Position numbers and translations under genes: made by a program. Of a stretch of DNA of 64,000 nucleotides, positions 8,834 through 16,640 are shown piece after piece. The number at the start of each line of letters is the position of its first letter. The first letter of the stretch is position 1. Under the pieces are notes generated by a model. That model made no database searches. It saw only the letters and a program-made list of their open reading frames with translations, and was not told the origin of the DNA. Source of the stretch: an uncultured Acidobacteriota bacterium (GTDB lineage Bacteria; Acidobacteriota; Terriglobia; UBA7540). The stretch covers positions 50,179 to 114,178 of the forward strand of contig CAWJHY010000068.1 in NCBI GenBank assembly GCA_963842495.1. The letters run 5' to 3'.

Positions 8834-9658
8834 TCAATCCCGGGCGGGAGCCGAAAGAGACTTAGCCATATCGCCGATCAACCCCGGAACCAATCGCTCC
8901 GCCGCCCCGGCGGCGACGCAAGCTACAAGCAGCGCAAGAAATGGGTGACTCAACCGCTGGGACACTCCGAGTAGAAGATCAGCTTTTATCGCAAGGGCCA
9001 CAAAAAGTGCACCACACACGCCCACTATGGCCCTAGTCGCCCCTTCAACCTTATGAATTCTTGGGCCGGCGACCGGTTCGAAATGGATTGCCTCGGTTCT
9101 GCCGGCGACAGAAAGAAAAGCCCCCAAAGAGCCCATCATCGCCCCGCTAAGCACCTCAAGTGCGCTTCTCCACATTGGGCTAGAGACCGAGTGCCAAATC
9201 ACGAAGAGAATGGCGCCCATAATCAGCGCGCAGAGGGCCGTCGTTGCCGCCCCGGTGAGATACCACACCCGCGCATTTTCGGTTCCACGTGCCCTTAGGT
9301 ATGCTTCGGCCCGGTTGAGCGCTGCCTGTGCCTTCTCCTCGTTGTGGTCGCCGAGTATGCGCGCCATCGCCTCCCCGAGATATCGTTCAAATGGTTCCCG
9401 CTGGGTCTCGTCTAGCTGTGTCAATGATCGCGCTTCGAGGTGTCCTATCAAGTTTGCGGTATCCTCGAAACCTGCGGGTGAATTGCAAGCGAAGGTCCAT
9501 TCAACGCACATATCGTCGTCGAGGTAGATGAGGTAGTCTTTGTCACTGTCGATAAGAGTACGGATTTTCTTGTTTAGCGTGGGATCAACATCGCCCTCAC
9601 AATACGGAGTGTAATCCTCCACTGGTCTGCCCGAGCCCATTCCTGGTTGATCGTTCAT
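8834..9658 (-). CDS. Hypothetical protein: ~130-aa soluble N-domain plus four predicted TM helices
   Basis: 274-aa ORF. Its ATG overlaps the upstream ORF stop (ATGA). Hydrophobic spans at about residues 131-155, 165-186, 207-231 and 238-258. I recognise no family motif. Confidence 0.6.
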   Translation of the reverse strand: MNDQPGMGSGRPVEDYTPYCEGDVDPTLNKKIRTLIDSDKDYLIYLDDDMCVEWTFACNSPAGFEDTANLIGHLEARSLTQLDETQREPFERYLGEAMARILGDHNEEKAQAALNRAEAYLRARGTENARVWYLTGAATTALCALIMGAILFVIWHSVSSPMWRSALEVLSGAMMGSLGAFLSVAGRTEAIHFEPVAGPRIHKVEGATRAIVGVCGALFVALAIKADLLLGVSQRLSHPFLALLVACVAAGAAERLVPGLIGDMAKSLSAPARD

Positions 9659-9846
9659 GGCGGTCCTTTCTGTATCTCAATCATGTACTGATACAAGCGG
9701 TCATCGCAGAGGTATTTGTAGTGCCCCTTGCCTTGGGTTTCACCAAGGCCATCCGTGGAATTAATAAAGGGCAAGGCAATCTCTCGCCGTGTTGCGGCGA
9801 TGACCCATGTGGAATCTTGGTCTACCGAGTGTATATTTCTAACCAC
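9655..9846 (-). CDS. Hypothetical 63-aa protein
   Basis: Its GTG start overlaps the TAG of the upstream gene (TAGTG) and its TGA overlaps the ATG of the downstream gene (ATGA). Support is positional only. Confidence 0.45.
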   Translation of the reverse strand: MVRNIHSVDQDSTWVIAATRREIALPFINSTDGLGETQGKGHYKYLCDDRLYQYMIEIQKGPP

Positions 9847-10880
9847 TAAGTCAGTACGATCTTGGCTGGATTAATGCCCGGTGCGGCCAAAAGTTCTGGG
9901 GTTTCGACTTCATTTAGGGATACCTGTCCGATAGCCACTTTCCCCTGCTCAAAAGCTGATTTTACGGACTGGCCTGCAGCAATCGCCGCGTAAAACTGCG
10001 TTGCAAACGCAACAGCCGCCAAATCACTAACTGAGTCACGCATAACTACGACGATTTTCGCTGGTGGCAACAACGCCTTCCGTGCACCAGCGCTCTTGCA
10101 TGCATTCAGAACAATAATCGCGGGTGGTACATCAGTCGCAGAAGTCGCCTTAGAAAAGAGATCGAATGAAACGGTCTTGACTGGACGCTTTGTAACGCCG
10201 GGGTTGTCAACCGCAACGCCGCCTTTGTAACCATGTCCAGAAAAGTGTACGATCTGAGGCCGGAGGTCATTAAGGCCCTCCATTAGGGAATGCAGATCAG
10301 CCGCTGGGCGATACTCAACAGTGATGTTGTCTCTATATATGGACCCACGAATCTCGGACTGCACCTGCCTGACTTCCGCATCTACTCGAAGCGGATTTTT
10401 GGGGTCGGGATTCGCCGTAAGATACAACACCTTGACGCGTTTCCTCTTGCGTAATGCCTGCCGGGTAATCGTTCTGATTGGTGGGAGCCCCCGCACTTGC
10501 GGCCGGCGTTTCGTCGGAACTCTCTCCGCTAAATTGGGATTGTCCGCATGTTTGATGATTTCCAAGCGGTTTGCTCGAACAGTTGGGTCCTTCTTATAGA
10601 GATACCTACTCCCGTCGTTGACTGAGCCATCGTTGTCCACCCTAACGATGAGATGATGCTGTGTGAGCTGGTCAAGTGCGTTCTGTACTTGCTGGGAATC
10701 TCGATTCGGAATCGCAGCATCCCGCATGATCTGAAGCTTGGATCGTGGCTTAGAACGTCGTCCGTAGATCGTATTGAATGTCTTACGGCGCACCTTGTTC
10801 TTGCCCAGATGCTTCGCCAGCTGCAAAACAGATTCTTCGTGGTCGCCAGAAATATTGACAATCGGCGTACGTTCGACCAT
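9846..10880 (-). CDS. CHAT-like (caspase-fold) domain protein with possible N-terminal winged-helix domain
   Basis: 344-aa ORF. The C-terminal ~190 aa show the short CHAT pattern: KVLYLTANPDPKNPLRVDAEVRQV, IVHFSGHG (His216, codon 10233-10235) and IIVLNACKS (Cys261, codon 10098-10100). A basic linker RKRKR precedes it. The N-terminal ~110 aa are helix-rich (LDQLTQHHLIVRVDNDG...RYLYKK). Confidence 0.7.
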   Translation of the reverse strand: MVERTPIVNISGDHEESVLQLAKHLGKNKVRRKTFNTIYGRRSKPRSKLQIMRDAAIPNRDSQQVQNALDQLTQHHLIVRVDNDGSVNDGSRYLYKKDPTVRANRLEIIKHADNPNLAERVPTKRRPQVRGLPPIRTITRQALRKRKRVKVLYLTANPDPKNPLRVDAEVRQVQSEIRGSIYRDNITVEYRPAADLHSLMEGLNDLRPQIVHFSGHGYKGGVAVDNPGVTKRPVKTVSFDLFSKATSATDVPPAIIVLNACKSAGARKALLPPAKIVVVMRDSVSDLAAVAFATQFYAAIAAGQSVKSAFEQGKVAIGQVSLNEVETPELLAAPGINPAKIVLT

Positions 10881-10886
10881 CGTCTC

Positions 10887-11060
10887 TTAACCCTTCTTCG
10901 CAGATAATTTCGGAACCATGCGGCTGATAGTCGGTTGACTTAGACCAAGCACTCGGGCGAGTTGAGCCTGTGAATAGCCCTTGTCAAACAATTCGAGGAT
11001 TCGAAGCTTTCGAAGCATTTCGAGCTCTTTAATAATCTGATCAGCTTGCTCGTTCGTCAT
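10887..11060 (-). CDS. Small HTH protein (57 aa), below the ORF-track cutoff
   Basis: Hand translation: MTNEQADQIIKELEMLRKLRILELFDKGYSQAQLARVLGLSQPTISRMVPKLSAKKG*. GGAGG lies 5 nt upstream of the ATG. The stop is 7 nt before the CHAT-like gene start. Confidence 0.6.
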   Translation of the reverse strand: MTNEQADQIIKELEMLRKLRILELFDKGYSQAQLARVLGLSQPTISRMVPKLSAKKG

Positions 11061-11134
11061 TTATTCCTCCGCGCCCGCTCCTGTCTCCTTTGTCAAGCCT
11101 TTCGGCATCATGAGGCTCCCTGAGGTCCGGTGCT

Positions 11135-11389
11135 TCATTTCACTTTTTTCTCACGGAGCTTTGCCCTAATCCGTGCGAGTTCTGATCCGCCGGCGACTGG
11201 CGACCTCCTGACGATTCTGGCAATGGAAGTCTACCCAAGCCCCGCAGCGTCACGTAATCGAATCTGATCCCGCAGGCCTCTCGGGTTCTCCGGACTGGGA
11301 AGCGCAACAACAAGCAGGGCAATTATGGCGTCAAGGCGCTTGGTTATCTCAAGAACGTCATTCTTGTCAATCGTCCTATCCTCGATTTC
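11135..11389 (-). pseudogene. Decayed paralogue of the 81-aa HTH gene (no start codon, internal TAG at 11231-11233)
   Basis: Hand translation: EIEDRTIDKNDVLEITKRLDAIIALLVVALPSPENPRGLRDQIRLRDAAGLG*TSIARIVRRSPVAGGSELARIRAKLREKKVK*. It aligns with IGIDRKLGVIIALLSRLKPAGDELSTMREQIETLSGLGMRPMEIAGILGRS... of 11866-12111. Confidence 0.4.
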
Positions 11390-11659
11390 TTAATCAACAG
11401 TCTTTTGGTAAGACTTACCCACCTTTACAAGTAGTCCAGCTTCCTCCCATGACTGCCAAATGGTTGAGATTTTCCATGTTGATACCTTGACCTTTTTTGC
11501 GATTTTGACAATCGAAGTGTCTTTGCCCGTGAGTTCCCAGATTTCGCGCAGCATTTTGTCAGCGCGAATTTCCGCCAATGCATGAGACACAGCAGCTCTC
11601 AACAAGCCTCTTAAGAGCTGTTCGATCCTAAGGAGAATTTCGTTGGCGTTTTCGTTCAT
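11390..11659 (-). CDS. Small helical/HTH-like protein (89 aa)
   Basis: Start taken at MNENANEILLRIEQLL (ATG 11659). The C-terminus TSIVKIAKKVKVSTWKISTIWQSWEEAGLLVKVGKSY looks winged-helix-like. The track ORF extends to 11824. Confidence 0.5.
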   Translation of the reverse strand: MNENANEILLRIEQLLRGLLRAAVSHALAEIRADKMLREIWELTGKDTSIVKIAKKVKVSTWKISTIWQSWEEAGLLVKVGKSYQKTVD

Positions 11660-11714
11660 GCCTGCACCTTTCTCAAGGGAGTAAGTGGTCGGCTCAATTT
11701 CGACCGGCGCACTA

Positions 11715-11888
11715 TTACTTGCTTTTTTTGATGTGCCGAGCGATGCGACTGACCCGCGCCATGTCAACCCCGACAATCTCCCTAATCCGGGGTTGGGGCA
11801 CGCCAGCTCTTGCCAACTCGACAATCAACAAATCTTGCACCAGCCCGACTAATTTGTCGGAGCTTTCAGCCTTCTTTTGCCTGCTCAT
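11715..11888 (-). CDS. Small HTH protein (57 aa), below the ORF-track cutoff
   Basis: Hand translation: MSRQKKAESSDKLVGLVQDLLIVELARAGVPQPRIREIVGVDMARVSRIARHIKKSK*. It overlaps the 3' end of the upstream gene by 23 nt. Same size and architecture as 10887-11060. Confidence 0.5.
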   Translation of the reverse strand: MSRQKKAESSDKLVGLVQDLLIVELARAGVPQPRIREIVGVDMARVSRIARHIKKSK

Positions 11889-12111
11889 TTTTCAATCCCC
11901 GCTTGCGTAGTCCGACAAGCTCCTTATTCACATACCCTTGTGACCTACCCAAAATTCCTGCTATTTCCATCGGCCTCATCCCCAAGCCGCTCAGCGTTTC
12001 TATCTGCTCGCGCATAGTCGAAAGCTCGTCGCCCGCGGGCTTGAGCCGAGAGAGCAGAGCGATGATCACTCCCAGTTTCCTATCTATGCCGATCAAGATC
12101 TCGTCGTCCAT
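11866..12111 (-). CDS. Small HTH protein (81 aa from MDDEILIG)
   Basis: The C-terminal GMRPMEIAGILGRSQGYVNKELVGLRKRG resembles a sigma-70 region-4/LuxR-type HTH. The track ORF starts at a TTG at 12159. TATAAT-like sequence lies upstream at about 12185. Confidence 0.5.
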   Translation of the reverse strand: MDDEILIGIDRKLGVIIALLSRLKPAGDELSTMREQIETLSGLGMRPMEIAGILGRSQGYVNKELVGLRKRGLKNEQAKEG

Positions 12112-12950
12112 CCAGTCCCCATTTCTGCGTAGTTCGCTAAATATTCGCCTTCCAGGCAAAAGGGTAAACTCATATTACCTGAGATTATTATAATGCACGA
12201 TTCCCCTGGCACGGTCAAGCAGTTTCGTTTCATCCAACAAGAACTGGCAAGAACTCCGTTTCCAATCCTGTTCCGCCCTGGCAGAGCTCAATCCGAGGGT
12301 ATTCCATTCACATTTCTTCCATGTCTCGTTAATCCTATTGCAGCTAAAGAAGATATATTGAAGAACCTTCGGTGATCGACAGTCCAAGGAGTCTTTCGAA
12401 AACTCCATCGCCAGCCGCCGAGACCCGGAAGGCGACTTTTCTGACCCTAAAGACCCAACCCAACCTGCCCAGCTTAGTTTTTGGCACGACGGGGCCGTCC
12501 AAGGCAAAGAACTCATATTTCGCATATCATACATCATGGGTAGTTAAATCTTGGAGGATCCGATAAAAGAGTACGAAGGTCGTACAACTGAACTACCTAT
12601 TTTGTTCGCCAATACACTTACTCTTAGTATGATACATAAGCTAAGTATGGCAATTGTGCGTGTCTATCGATTCTGCGAGGTCTGGATATTCTGACTACTC
12701 AAGTTTATTATGATGCATTTGCAACTTGACCGCCGTGAATTCTCACCTTGCCAAACAAGAATTGGCAAGAATTCCGTTTCCGGTCCCATAACGCTCTAGC
12801 AGAAACATGCTCAAACACTGTCAATTCCAGGCGGCACAGACTTTGGCCTGGATATCGGAACACGGGGACACGCAATACCATATTTCCAATTTACCGACAT
12901 CAAAGCTTCCGCCGCCTCCCACTACAGACTAGGGATTGGGAATTAGGGTC

Positions 12951-13031
12951 CTGTAACCACCCCGGCGGGAAGCCGCCGACTCCTCCCGAATTCTGTAACC
13001 AGCCCTCGGCGGGAACGCGCCGTCCCCCTCC
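12951..13031 (+). repeat. Two tandem ~38-nt hairpin units (ctgtaacca-ccc-cggcgggaaNccgccg-cctcc)
   Basis: Units at 12951-12986 and 12993-13031. Unit 1 carries the perfect cggcgg/ccgccg stem; unit 2 has a degenerate version (cggcgg-gaacg-cgccg). Confidence 0.6.
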
Positions 13032-13137
13032 TAAATCAGGAGAGGAGTCCGTCCGCCCTGGCAGCCTGTGACGCGGAGCGTCGGCCGGTTTTCCTCTGTG
13101 CCTCCGCGGTGAAGGTTGGTCTGGGGGATTGGGTAGG

Positions 13138-13221
13138 TCGCCCTTTCAGGGCTCGGGTCGATGGGGTTCCGTTGACCCAGGCCGTTGGCCTGGGCTTTGT
13201 TAGATCGCCCCTTTGGGGCTC
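13138..13221 (-). repeat. REP-like unit, family A (box plus reverse unit); right boundary of the low-GC island
   Basis: Sequence gtcgccctttcagggctcgggt-N-ccgttgacccaggccgttggcctgggctttgttagatcgcccctttggggctc. Same orientation as 8688-8774. Confidence 0.8.
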
Positions 13222-13508
13222 AACGCCAACGACGGACTTTGCGCGCCTGGGCTTCGTCCACGCGACGCTTCGTTTCCTTTTGAAAGGCGGCACGAAAGCC
13301 GTCGTAGCCCGGAGCTAAACAATCCACTTGGCCTTGAAACGCCCGTCCCGGCGATGTGCCGGCTCGTGGTTCCGGGCGTGTCGGCGACTCGGACGTAACC
13401 TGAGTGTGCGGCTGGACGTATGTCGGCAAGCCGTACATGTGGTCCATGTGTCGTCTCTTACGTTCAAGCGTGGATCACGCGACACTCGGAGATTGGACAA
13501 AGGCAGTC

Positions 13509-13578
13509 GGGAAGAGGGAATAGGGAACAGGGAAGAGGGAAGAGGGGAGAGGGAACAGTTTATCTCAGCGGCGCGGCG
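13509..13578 (+). repeat. Purine-rich GGGAA-type repeat plus tatctcagcggcgc motif (upstream flank of the TA pair)
   Basis: Shares the exact 21-mer tagggaacagggaagagggaa with 14500-14520. Confidence 0.7.
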
Positions 13579-13623
13579 AAATTAACTCAGAGACTCCGAG
13601 CAGATTCCGGCTATACTAGTTGC

Positions 13624-13941
13624 ATGGAGATTAGGGTGCAATTGCCGGAAGACGTGGCCAAGCATCTCGCGGCGCGGTGGCAGGACCTGCCGCGCGCGGC
13701 GCTGGAGAGTTTGGCGCTCGAGGGCTACCGGTCAGGAGCGCTAACGCAGTCGCAAGTGCGCCGCATGCTGGGCTTGCAGACGCGCATGGAAGTGGACGGG
13801 TTCCTGAAGGAGCACGGCGTGAACCTGGAATACACGGTGGAAGACCTGGACCGTGAAGCCGCCAGCAGCCGGCCAGTCTGGGAGCGCCGGCAGGTCGAGT
13901 TGGCAAGCGAAACTAAGGAAGAAGACCGCCGGGCCGGATGA
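13624..13941 (+). CDS. UPF0175-family antitoxin
   Basis: 105 aa from MEIRVQLPEDVAKHL. LALEGYRSGALTQSQVRRMLGL...EVDGFLKEHGV is typical of UPF0175. ATGA overlap with the downstream toxin gene. Confidence 0.8.
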   Translation: MEIRVQLPEDVAKHLAARWQDLPRAALESLALEGYRSGALTQSQVRRMLGLQTRMEVDGFLKEHGVNLEYTVEDLDREAASSRPVWERRQVELASETKEEDRRAG

Positions 13942-14435
13942 TCGTCATTGCGGACACCACGCCGCTTAATTATCTCGTCCTCATCGACCAATCCAATTTG
14001 CTGCCCCGCCTCTATGGGCGCGTGTTGATCCCGCCCGCCGTTTATAAGGAACTCCAGGCGGAGGGCACGCCCGCTTCCGTGCGAGATTGGGCCGTCCACC
14101 GCCCCACATGGCTCGAAGTGAGGCCGCCATTCCTCCCGCTGGATATAGGGCACGGCGCACTCGACGCGGGTGAATGCGAAGCCATCGCCTTAGCCCTGGA
14201 GCTGAGGGCGGATCTTCTGATTCTGGATGATAGGGATGCGCGGCTTGAAGCCGCCCGCCGCAACCTCATGGTTATTGGCACGCTCCGAGTGCTCGAAGAT
14301 GCCGCTCAACTTGGGCTGATCGATCTGCCGCATGCCTTGCAGAGGCTCCAGCAGACAACATTTCGCGCTTCCGCAAAACTCCTCCAGGCGATGTTGGACC
14401 GCGATGAAGTAAGAAGGAAGAAACACCAACCGTGA
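13938..14435 (+). CDS. DUF3368 (PIN-like) toxin
   Basis: 165-aa ORF with IADTTPLNYLVLI, LDAGECEAIALA and LLILDDRDAR motifs. This is the usual partner of UPF0175 antitoxins. Confidence 0.85.
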   Translation: MIVIADTTPLNYLVLIDQSNLLPRLYGRVLIPPAVYKELQAEGTPASVRDWAVHRPTWLEVRPPFLPLDIGHGALDAGECEAIALALELRADLLILDDRDARLEAARRNLMVIGTLRVLEDAAQLGLIDLPHALQRLQQTTFRASAKLLQAMLDRDEVRRKKHQP

Positions 14436-14463
14436 TTCGCCTGGCGCCGCCTGGCGTTGTTAC

Positions 14464-14565
14464 GTATCTCTGCGGCGCTTGCCGGCAAACCATAGCATAT
14501 AGGGAACAGGGAAGAGGGAACAGGGAACAGTGTATCTCGGCGGCGCTTGCGGGCAAACCATAGCG
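14464..14565 (+). repeat. Composite repeat: 34-nt motif gtatctc(t)gcggcgcttgcSggcaaaccatagc x2 flanking a GGGAA-type purine tract
   Basis: Read directly. The motif occurs at 14464-14497 and 14532-14565, with the purine tract at 14500-14530. Confidence 0.7.
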
Positions 14566-14890
14566 CCCAGGCCAGATTCTTCCAACTCTGAGTCGCCGAC
14601 AAAACCATTAGGTTCGAAGTCTTTCCCAACTCCGTAAAAGCTCCACGAATCGTCTGAATTTCAGATGTGACAACCTCCTTGAGAGGGTTCCGGACTCGTT
14701 CTTGGGTCCGAGCGAATACGCGGAACCCAAGGCCGGGGACCCACGCAAACACGCCCCAGGCGCAGATTGGTGGCACGGCATCGAGGAGGAAAAATTGTCA
14801 CAAGGCGAGGGCTTGGCATAGAATAGATGGTCATCAGGGCGCCAAAATGGATAACGTCGGTTGGGCGGGTTCGTCTAACGAATCTCTCGC

Positions 14891-16591
14891 ATGCAGGCTG
14901 GCATGAAAAAAGTTTACGATGCCATCGTCGTCGGATCCGGCGCCAGCGGCGGCTGGGTGGCTAAAGAACTGACTGAGCATGGCCTGGCCGTCCTCATGCT
15001 CGAAGCCGGCCCGCCACGCATCCCGACGCGTGACTTCACGGAACACGTTTGGCCCTACCAATTGAAGTTCCGGGGTTTTGGGGATCAAACGGCGCTGCTG
15101 ACGAATCAGCCCGTACAGCGGTTGTGCTTCGCCTGCGACGAATACAGCCACCAGTTTTTTGTTGACGACCACGAGAATCCCTACACCACACCCCCGGACA
15201 AGCCTTTTATGTGGATTCGGGGCCGCCAAATCGGTGGGAAGACTTTCTGCTGGGGGCGCGAAAGCTATCGCTACAGCGACTACGAATTCAAGGCCGCCAG
15301 CCGCGACGGCTACGGAGAGGACTGGCCGTTCGACTACCGGGAACTGGCTCCTTATTACGACAAAGTCGAGAGCTTTATCGGCGTAAGCGGATCGCTTGAG
15401 GGCCTCGAGCAATTCCCCGACGGCAAGTACCTGCCACCCATGCGACTCTCTTGCGGCGGAGAGATGACAAAGAAAGTTCTGGGCGAGAAATTCGGCTGGA
15501 AAGTGATGCCCGATCGCGTGGCCAACCTGACGGTGCCTCACAACGGCCGCCCCGCCTGCCATTACTGCGACGAATGCCAGCGCGGCTGCCACACCGCCTC
15601 TTACTTCAACAGCCCCGCGGTTACACTTCCAGCCGCTTGGCGCACCGGGCGGTTGACGCTCGAGAGCGATGCCGTGGTGAGCCACCTGGTAATGAACAAA
15701 GACGAAGCCCGGGCGGACGGAGTCCACTACATCGAACGGACAGGGGGCGCCCACCGCGAGGCCTACGCCAAGGTTGTGGTGCTGGCCGCATCCGCGCTCG
15801 AATCCACGAGGATTCTACTCAACTCCCAAACCCGCCGGTTTCCCAAGGGAGTGGGAAACTCTCAAGGACAGTTAGGACACTACTTAATGGACCACTTTAC
15901 TTTGGAAGGCGCCGGCGGGATCATTCCTTCCCTCCGCTCTTCCCAGCGCGAGCCGGTGGGGACGCCCTGCGGATTTCTCGTCGCCAAATATACCAACGTG
16001 GGTAACAATCACAACAAGAACTTCCTGCGCGGTTATCGCTTCGATGGCGATGGCAGCCAAGAACTGTATGGGCATGCGTTTTCCCTGCCCGGCTTCGGCG
16101 CGGACTGGCGAAAACGGGTGCGCGAGGAAATTCCTTACTACTTCGGCATCACGGCACAAGGCGAGTGCTTGCCGGACTATAACAACTTCGTCGAGCTTGA
16201 TCCGAAGGTTAAAGACGCCTGGGGCATCCCTGCACTCCGCATTCACGCGAGTTATGGTGAGAATGAAAAGGCTATGGCGAAAGCCATGCGCCGGGACGTC
16301 CTGGAAATCCTCGAAGCTATGAAGCTCGAAAGCACGCGGCCCCCGCGCGAAAGCCTGAGCGTTTTCGGCAAGAACATTCACGAGTGTGGAACGGCGCGCA
16401 TGGGCCTCGACCCCAAGAAGAGTGTGCTTGACCGCTTCAATCGCGTGCACGACGTGAAGAATGTGCTGGTCACAGACGGCGCGTGCTTCGTCACGCAAGG
16501 CCCCTACGAGCCGACGTTAACGATCATGGCAGCTTCCGTGCGCGCGGCGGAACACCTTGTGGAAGATTTAAGGAAAGGCAATCTGGCGTAG
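14891..16591 (+). CDS. GMC family FAD-dependent oxidoreductase
   Basis: 566-aa ORF with N-terminal YDAIVVGSGASGGWVAKEL dinucleotide fold and a C-terminal GTARMG...NVLVTDGACF region typical of GMC enzymes. Confidence 0.9.
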   Translation: MQAGMKKVYDAIVVGSGASGGWVAKELTEHGLAVLMLEAGPPRIPTRDFTEHVWPYQLKFRGFGDQTALLTNQPVQRLCFACDEYSHQFFVDDHENPYTTPPDKPFMWIRGRQIGGKTFCWGRESYRYSDYEFKAASRDGYGEDWPFDYRELAPYYDKVESFIGVSGSLEGLEQFPDGKYLPPMRLSCGGEMTKKVLGEKFGWKVMPDRVANLTVPHNGRPACHYCDECQRGCHTASYFNSPAVTLPAAWRTGRLTLESDAVVSHLVMNKDEARADGVHYIERTGGAHREAYAKVVVLAASALESTRILLNSQTRRFPKGVGNSQGQLGHYLMDHFTLEGAGGIIPSLRSSQREPVGTPCGFLVAKYTNVGNNHNKNFLRGYRFDGDGSQELYGHAFSLPGFGADWRKRVREEIPYYFGITAQGECLPDYNNFVELDPKVKDAWGIPALRIHASYGENEKAMAKAMRRDVLEILEAMKLESTRPPRESLSVFGKNIHECGTARMGLDPKKSVLDRFNRVHDVKNVLVTDGACFVTQGPYEPTLTIMAASVRAAEHLVEDLRKGNLA

Positions 16592-16640
16592 CGGGGACCC
16601 AAAACTGAGGATCTACACTACGCAGCAGACTAGTGCTTAG

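Noticed and set aside
7996-8948. ORFs translated across REP units (7996-8499, 8172-8948, 8503-8784, 13036-13293, 6476-6826). Their peptides resemble KGRNNEAQANGLG or PFRARV.
   Set aside because: The same peptides recur because the same palindromic repeat is being translated. The ORFs overlap each other on both strands and overlap the real Y1 transposase gene.
12175-13071. ORFs 12175-12537 (-), 12193-12375 (+), 12372-12566 (+) and 12748-13071 (+) at the right end of the island.
   Set aside because: They have no RBS, are mutually overlapping, have odd amino-acid composition, and span repeat copies. I treat the region as non-coding.
8790-13130. Integrase, recombinase or tRNA-linked att site that would define the island as an integrative element.
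   Set aside because: No tyrosine or serine recombinase motif appears in any frame I inspected, and there is no tRNA. Only the flanking REP units and the neighbouring Y1 transposase gene are available as clues.
14834-15754. Long antisense ORFs opposite well-supported genes. Examples: 14834-15754 opposite the GMC gene, 32715-34133 opposite pckA, 27917-29071 opposite the activase, 40778-41638, 326-1108, 59719-60495 and 56893-57837.
   Set aside because: These are typical shadow ORFs of GC-rich DNA. They carry no recognisable motifs, and the opposite strand carries clear family signatures.
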